Position numbers and translations under genes: made by a program. A model generated the notes under the pieces. That model made no database searches, had not been told where the DNA came from, and saw only the letters and a program-made list of their open reading frames with translations. From NCBI RefSeq assembly GCF_006345805.1, contig NW_021833034.1, positions 1-64,000 of the forward strand: a stretch of 64,000 nt of DNA, written 5' to 3'. Source of the DNA: Octopus sinensis. Taxonomy: Eukaryota. Each line of letters starts with the position of its first letter. Within the stretch, counting starts at the first letter, position 1. Positions 61,192 through 64,000 of the stretch are shown here, piece after piece.

Positions 61192-63934
61192 TATAATTAT
61201 AATAATAGTAATAACATGAAAGACCGAAAAAACTTCACTCTATTCTCAACGAGAACAAAAAATTTGCCACTGATCTCTTAGATACCCACCAGATTGACCA
61301 AGTTGCAGGAAATGTGCCAACTGCTGCTGCAAAGAAAATAAGATTAATTGCAAAGACAAAAGTACATGAAAAATTAGCTAGCAGGTGGGAACAGAAACCT
61401 CTCCATGGCAAGTATGTGGCCCATAGCAAACAAGCTGATGTCAACCAGAAACAGATGCAACAATGGCTATGAAATTCAGGGCTAAAAGAAGAGAGTGAAG
61501 GTTTCATATTAGCTGCTCAAGACCAAAGCTTATTAACCCGGAACTATCAAGCCAATGTGATAAAAAATGGAGCTGACCCAAAATGCCGATTCTGTAATGA
61601 TGAGATTGAAACAATAGACCACCTAATCTCAGGGTGTAGAGTCTTGGCACCTGTAGAATATAAAGCAAGACATTACAGAGTCGGCCAGTATTTACATTGG
61701 ACAATATGTCGGTATTATAAAATCAAAACCGCTGACAAATGGTATAAACATCATCCTGAAGCTGTGACTGAGGGAGAAAATATGTCGATTCTATGGGACT
61801 TCCCCGTACAGATTGACAAAACGATAAAAGCTAATAAACTGGATATTATTATAAAAGATCAGACAAAAAAGATGTGTTTATTAATTGACATGAGTATTCC
61901 TTGCGATCACAATATAGCGGCGAAAGAATTTGACAAGATTAGTAAATATAAAGACCTGCTAATAGAAATTGAAAAATGTGGCATCTCAAGGCGACTACAG
62001 TACCAGTGATTGTAGGATCTCTAGGAATGATAAAAAAAGGTACTGAAACCTATTTGAAAATGATACCAGGCTTACCATCCCTACAGGAAGTGCAAAAAAT
62101 TGTATTAACTGGAACAGCTCATGTACTGAGAAGAGCATCATTGCTGTGAAAATAACATCCATCCATGAATTTATTTCATCATCATTCATTTAACGTCCGC
62201 TTTCCATGCTAGCATGGGTTATTTATTAATTTTTAAATACATATCTTATCTGTGAATTTGCATGTGCAATCTGGGCGTCTATGTTTAGTTAGTGTGTGTG
62301 TGGGGGGGGATGCCTGTAATATTTGTATCTTCTGTTTATATACGTTCATGTAATTTGGTTTTTTTTTTTTCATTTTTTTCATGTTTACATCCACTTATTA
62401 TTATTATCATTATTATTATTATTATTACGTATGCTTGTATGTATGTATGTATAACAACAATACTAGTAATAACAATAATAATAATAATAATAAAACATTA
62501 AAAAAAAAATTTTTAATTAAAAAATTTTTTAAATCTTTTAAATTAAAAAAAAACCTATATAGCTATTTATTTCTATTTGTTCATTTATCTGTGTATTTTA
62601 TTTATTATGTTTTCGGTTTTGTTTATACTGTAACCAGTTTATGGGGATCCTTTTCTGTCATATGTTGTGGTGTGTGCTAGTGTTCCATTCCAGTTTCCTA
62701 TTCAGGCTAGGTTTATCTTCTGTTATGTGTGTAGCTTCTGTAATTTGTCTGATTGTTGCATCTGTTCTATTGTGGACAAGATTTTAACCTCTATTGTTGT
62801 TGATTGATCTCCTGTGTTTCTGCTCAGTGTGTTGGTAAATGTACATTTACCCACTCTCCTATGCTTCGTGCTGTTTCCCCTACGTATGTTGTTGTCTTGT
62901 TACTGCATCGTCCCTCTATACATCTTATACTATAGACTACATTTCTGGCTTTACAGTTTGTTTGTGGGCTAAATCTACACACAGTACAGTATCTATCCGT
63001 ACAGGGGGTTCTACTAAAAGGGGATCAATCAACAACAATAGAGGTTAAAATCTTGTCCACAAATAGAACGGATGCAACAATCAGACAAATTACAGAAGCT
63101 ACACACATAACAGAAGATAAACCTAGCCTGAATAGGAAACTGGAATGGAACACTAGCACACACCACAACATATGACAGAAAAGGATCCCCATAAACTGGT
63201 TACAGTATAAACAAAACCGAAAACATAATAAATAAAATACACAGATAAATGAACAAATAGAAATAAATAACTATATAGGTTTTTTTTAAATTTAAAAGAT
63301 TTAAAAAATTTTTTAAATTTATTATTTTTTTTAAATGTTTTAATATTATTATTATTGTTATTACTAGTATTGTTGTTATACATACATACATACAAGCATA
63401 CGTAATAATAATAATAATAATGATAATAATAATAAGTGGATGTAAACATGAACAAAATGAAAAAAAAAACAAATTACATGAACGTATATAAACAGAAGAT
63501 ACAAATATTACAGGCATCCCCCCCCACACACTAAATAAACATAAACGCACATAGAGATATAAGCATGCGCAAATGAAGACATACAATAGAAATACAAAAT
63601 GGCTGATGGTTAGTAAGGAGAGACACAAATAAGAAAGAAGAAAGCAAAGGACCACTGATGCGGTCACAGGAGTGTGACGAAAGAACTCTGGCCGAAATAA
63701 GATTAAGATTAATGTAAAAAATAAATAACACTGAAGCAAAGTAACACCAAATATATAGTGTGTGTGTTTTTATAGGCTAAACTGGCAAAATGACCATTCC
63801 TAAATATAACAATAATATAATCAGTGATGTTTAATAGAGAAGACACCATAATATTCATATCAATAAACAAATTGTTTACCTTTTGAATGAAATTCTTCAC
63901 TTTCCTGTTTACTTAGGAGATATTCATCAAATTT
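5969..63934 (-). CDS. PARP14: PARP14-like macro-PARP (mono-ADP-ribosyltransferase), 5'-partial spliced model: join(63880-63934,55744-55880,55239-55466,54404-54631,45439-45490,29843-30024,25164-25533,11747-11880,10885-11062,5969-6234)
   Basis: Ten exons with AG/GT boundaries and matching phases sum to 1830 nt. Domain order macro, KH-like, WWE, ART matches the PARP14/15/9 family. Exact orthology is not established. Confidence 0.88.
6470..8750 (-). mobile_element. RTE-clade LINE fragment with 3' tail, interrupted by a SINE
   Basis: ORF 8003-8326 RT motifs; (GAT)n tail at about 6475-6495. Confidence 0.85.
8280..8512 (-). mobile_element. tRNA-derived SINE nested in an RTE
   Basis: Box B-like GTTCAAATTC. 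TSD ATTATTCCTAT at 8264-8274 and 8513-8523. Same family as 22003-22240. Confidence 0.85.
9370..10790 (+). mobile_element. RTE-clade LINE RT fragment
   Basis: ORF 9387-9938 ([17 protein letters not shown]) and ORF 10082-10300 (FRYLGD). Confidence 0.87.
10885..11062 (-). CDS. PARP14: PARP14-like exon: ART domain ([21 protein letters not shown])
   Basis: Acceptor tctacAG, donor GTAAGT, 178 nt. Catalytic His in WHGT. Confidence 0.95.
11180..11665 (+). mobile_element. RTE 3' fragment with (GAT)n tail
   Basis: Similar to the 3' ends of the other RTE copies in the window. Confidence 0.7.
11747..11880 (-). CDS. PARP14: PARP14-like exon: start of the ART domain ([32 protein letters not shown])
   Basis: Acceptor actttAG, donor GTTTGT, 134 nt. 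P-x-x-W-x-x-M and EY-x-x-(V/I)-x-x-x-F motifs. Confidence 0.9.
12213..12382. repeat. (TA)n/(TG)n/(TATG)n compound microsatellite
   Basis: Seen directly in the sequence. Confidence 0.95.
12386..12975 (+). mobile_element. CR1/L2-group LINE 3' fragment
   Basis: [37 protein letters not shown].. Confidence 0.8.
13663..15083 (+). mobile_element. Non-autonomous Helitron-like element with internal cargo
   Basis: A|TC start, (CTGT)n near the 5' end, subterminal CCC-AGCAACGACGGG hairpin and CTAG|T end. Same terminal architecture as 24709-25097. Confidence 0.6.
15090..17120. mobile_element. Probable Penelope-like element remnant: GT-rich region with internal triplication and a hammerhead motif
   Basis: Three copies of a 100-300 bp block (about 15540, 15960, 16230). 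A PLE-type hammerhead sits at the right end. No intact ORF. Confidence 0.5.
16945..16987 (+). ncRNA. Minimal type I hammerhead ribozyme motif
   Basis: CCAC-CTGAAGA-TTGTC[GATCAA]GACAA-GAAA-C[GATT]G-TA-GTGG: stem I, core, stem II, GAAA, short stem III and GUA cleavage triplet are all present. Confidence 0.78.
17215..20010 (-). mobile_element. R4/Dong-like RLE non-LTR retrotransposon, fragmented; interrupted at about 17870-18770
   Basis: RT ([22 protein letters not shown]), CCHC ([15 protein letters not shown]), RLE ([16 protein letters not shown]). Confidence 0.85.
21150..21545 (+). mobile_element. RTE 3' UTR/tail fragment
   Basis: Repeated GGCA(C/T)(G/A)TAAAAAGCACC modules and (GAT)n tail. 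Confidence 0.75.
22003..22240 (+). mobile_element. tRNA-derived SINE
   Basis: Box B GTTCGAATTC; reverse-complement match to 8280-8512. Confidence 0.8.
22280..24660. repeat. About 2.4-kb degenerate CT-rich minisatellite (core CTCTCTGTAGCTCTCTTCTCC)
   Basis: TGTAGCT core recurs dozens of times. Source of the E/R/K-rich and S/L-rich spurious ORFs. Confidence 0.92.
24709..25097 (+). mobile_element. Non-autonomous Helitron-like element
   Basis: A|TC start, hairpin CCCGAGCAACGCCGGG at 25070-25085, CTAG|T end, internal duplication. Confidence 0.7.
25164..25533 (-). CDS. PARP14: PARP14-like exon: KH-like domain ([22 protein letters not shown]) plus WWE domain ([14 protein letters not shown]..)
   Basis: Acceptor cttttcAG. 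Two candidate donors (exon end 25169 or 25164); only 25164 is in frame with exon 11747-11880. Overlaps ORF 25138-25410. Confidence 0.87.
26590..28200 (-). mobile_element. Degenerate RTE fragments with a (GA)n microsatellite at 27033-27130
   Basis: ORF 27578-27760 ([12 protein letters not shown]); homology to other RTE copies in the window. Confidence 0.7.
28470..29470 (+). mobile_element. RTE LINE 5' end: apurinic endonuclease domain
   Basis: ORFs 28667-29020 and 29021-29407 share one frame and are split by a single TAA. Motifs [28 protein letters not shown]. Confidence 0.9.
29470..29760 (-). mobile_element. PIF1-type helicase fragment (Helitron RepHel)
   Basis: Hand translation: ..[50 protein letters not shown] (motif II DEASM), preceded by a decayed ATTLLQG segment. 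Confidence 0.75.
29843..30024 (-). CDS. PARP14: PARP14-like exon: acidic linker / KH-like segment ([42 protein letters not shown]..)
   Basis: Acceptor tatttcAG, donor CGA|GTAAGT, 182 nt open, phase 1 to 0. Fits both neighbouring exons. Confidence 0.8.
30736..31341 (-). mobile_element. Solo LTR, 606 bp, CpG-rich
   Basis: TGTA...TACA termini; TSD CTGG at 30732-30735 and 31342-31345; AATAAA on the minus strand at 30874-30869. Confidence 0.75.
31480..32029 (+). mobile_element. N-terminal fragment of an R4/Dong-like element, cut by the Gypsy LTR
   Basis: [22 protein letters not shown] and ORF 31756-32040 (..[11 protein letters not shown]). Confidence 0.6.
32030..37705 (+). mobile_element. Gypsy/Ty3 LTR retrotransposon 5' half (LTR, gag, PR, RT, RNase H), degenerate, with an RTE inserted at 33175-36190
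   Basis: LTR begins TGTTGTGGTGA at 32030. PBS-like TGATGATGAGG at 32219. Gag remnant 32280-33150. Protease LDTSSD at about 36252. [20 protein letters not shown]. RNase [24 protein letters not shown]. Confidence 0.85.
33175..36190 (-). mobile_element. RTE-clade LINE nested in the Gypsy element
   Basis: ORFs 34475-34732, 35290-35535 and 35660-35905; (GAT)n tail at about 33175. Confidence 0.85.
37702..38625 (-). mobile_element. Two R4/Dong-like C-terminal fragments flanked by (ATT)n
   Basis: [14 protein letters not shown]; [12 protein letters not shown]; [11 protein letters not shown]; 3' end runs into (TAA)n at 38120-38240. Confidence 0.75.
38710..40160 (-). mobile_element. R4/Dong-like element 3' half
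   Basis: ORFs 38999-39415 ([22 protein letters not shown]) and 39423-39680. Same family as 42365-45340 and 61210-62150. Confidence 0.88.
40430..42373 (-). mobile_element. Gypsy 3' half (tether, integrase, PPT, 3' LTR), inverted relative to the 5' half
   Basis: [55 protein letters not shown] is followed by TGTTGCGGTGA at 40891. LTR blocks match 32030-32200. An RTE tail is inserted at about 40590-40870. Confidence 0.85.
42365..45340 (+). mobile_element. R4/Dong-like RLE retrotransposon, long but frameshifted
   Basis: [57 protein letters not shown]. Confidence 0.88.
45439..45490 (-). CDS. PARP14: PARP14-like exon: macro C-terminal helix ([17 protein letters not shown])
   Basis: Acceptor tttttcacAG, donor AAG|GTAAAC, 52 nt, phase 0 to 1. 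Confidence 0.82.
45560..46765 (+). mobile_element. RTE 3' portion with tail
   Basis: ORF 45860-46045 ([13 protein letters not shown]); (GAT)n tail. Confidence 0.82.
47460..50035 (+). mobile_element. Tx1/L1-clade LINE ORF2, degenerate
   Basis: [48 protein letters not shown], zinc finger [16 protein letters not shown]. Confidence 0.87.
50270..52640 (-). mobile_element. RTE-clade LINE (RT to 3' tail)
   Basis: ORFs 51974-52357, 51346-51582 and 50973-51167. Confidence 0.87.
52650..54365 (+). mobile_element. RTE-clade LINE (RT C-terminal half to 3' tail), back-to-back with the previous copy
   Basis: [34 protein letters not shown]; (GAT)n tail at 54354-54365. Confidence 0.87.
54404..54631 (-). 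CDS. PARP14: PARP14-like exon: macro domain C-terminal half (..[27 protein letters not shown])
   Basis: Acceptor ttttatAG, donor AAG|GTTGGT, 228 nt. SLAFP-x-LG-x-G motif. Overlaps ORF 54395-54619. Confidence 0.93.
55239..55466 (-). CDS. PARP14: PARP14-like exon: macro domain core ([48 protein letters not shown])
   Basis: Acceptor ttttcAG, donor GTAAGT, 228 nt = 76 codons. Macro motifs DVIVN, AGPEIQ, L-x-C-x-x-V-x-H. Confidence 0.93.
55744..55880 (-). CDS. PARP14: PARP14-like exon: linker and first strands of the macro domain (..[19 protein letters not shown])
   Basis: Acceptor tttccAG, donor GTGAGT, 137 nt open, phase 1 to 0. Confidence 0.85.
56180..57612 (+). mobile_element. R4/Dong-like element 3' portion between (AAT)n tracts
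   Basis: ORF 56796-57077 ([16 protein letters not shown]); PIVIGALG. Confidence 0.8.
57752..58550 (-). mobile_element. Non-coding repeat-like element of about 800 bp between (AAT)n tracts, with a 140-bp internal tandem duplication
   Basis: Unit starts at 57854 and 57994; (AAT)n on both sides; no ORF. Strand and family assignment are tentative. Confidence 0.5.
58550..59010. repeat. (AAT/AAC)n microsatellite; related tracts at 56145-56177, 57612-57745 and 61144-61212
   Basis: Seen directly in the sequence. Confidence 0.95.
59010..61143 (+). mobile_element. R4/Dong-like RLE retrotransposon, 5'-truncated; best-preserved copy in the window
   Basis: ORFs 59028-59423, 59414-59599 (YVDDLKLY) and 60231-61046 (CRICG..HIISGC; RPDIVV..LIDVSIP..EKLSKY). 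Confidence 0.92.
61213..62150 (+). mobile_element. R4/Dong-like element 3' portion
   Basis: ORF 61557-62009 (CRFC..DHLISGC; [17 protein letters not shown]). Confidence 0.88.
62200..63730. mobile_element. Penelope-like element: two diverging copies of the GIY-YIG C-terminus and 3' region forming an inverted repeat
   Basis: Minus strand: [23 protein letters not shown] (about 62930-62850). Plus strand from 63023: [26 protein letters not shown]. Arms 62276-62809 and 63023-63548. Confidence 0.82.
63652..63691 (+). ncRNA. Degenerate hammerhead-like motif at the Penelope 3' end
   Basis: CCA-CTGATG(CG)-GTCACA[GGAG]TGTGAC-GAAA-GAAC-TC-TGG; the core deviates at A9. Confidence 0.45.
63880..63934 (-). 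CDS. PARP14: PARP14-like exon: C-terminal helix of the preceding macro module ([18 protein letters not shown])
   Basis: Acceptor ttttacAG, donor AAG|GTAAAC, 55 nt, phase 0 to 1. Homologous to exon 45439-45490. Confidence 0.8.
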
Positions 63935-64000
63935 CTGTAAAAATCAAAACCATGATTATCATTTTTGTTTAAGTTTTTGATTTTTTTTAAAGAGAAGAGA

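Overview
Eukaryotic, AT-rich, repeat-saturated animal DNA. The repeat landscape (RTE LINEs with (GAT)n tails, tRNA-derived SINEs, R4/Dong-like elements, Penelope elements) suggests an octopus or other coleoid cephalopod; this is inference and was not searched. The only host gene found is a minus-strand PARP14-like macro-PARP whose 5' part lies beyond the window. I assembled 10 GT-AG exons by hand (63934 down to 5969; 1830 nt, 609 aa plus stop, frame-consistent if the WWE exon uses the donor at 25164). They encode the end of one macro module, a full macro domain, a KH-like linker, WWE, and an ART domain with an H-Y-I triad. Nearly all of these exons are missed or only partly covered by the ORF track. 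The introns are filled with nested, decayed transposons. Most notable observations: (1) a minimal hammerhead ribozyme at 16945-16987 and a degenerate one at 63652-63691; (2) a CpG-rich solo LTR with a 4-bp TSD, sense to the gene and just upstream of the KH-WWE-ART exons; (3) a Gypsy element whose two halves and two LTRs point in opposite directions; (4) a duplicated macro-module exon whose intron flanks still align; (5) a (TAA)n-punctuated array of R4/Dong-like elements; (6) long intronic inverted repeats that could form dsRNA; (7) tandem splice donors on the WWE exon. I found no evidence of a prokaryotic or CRISPR-type system. Transposon boundaries are approximate unless a TSD is given.
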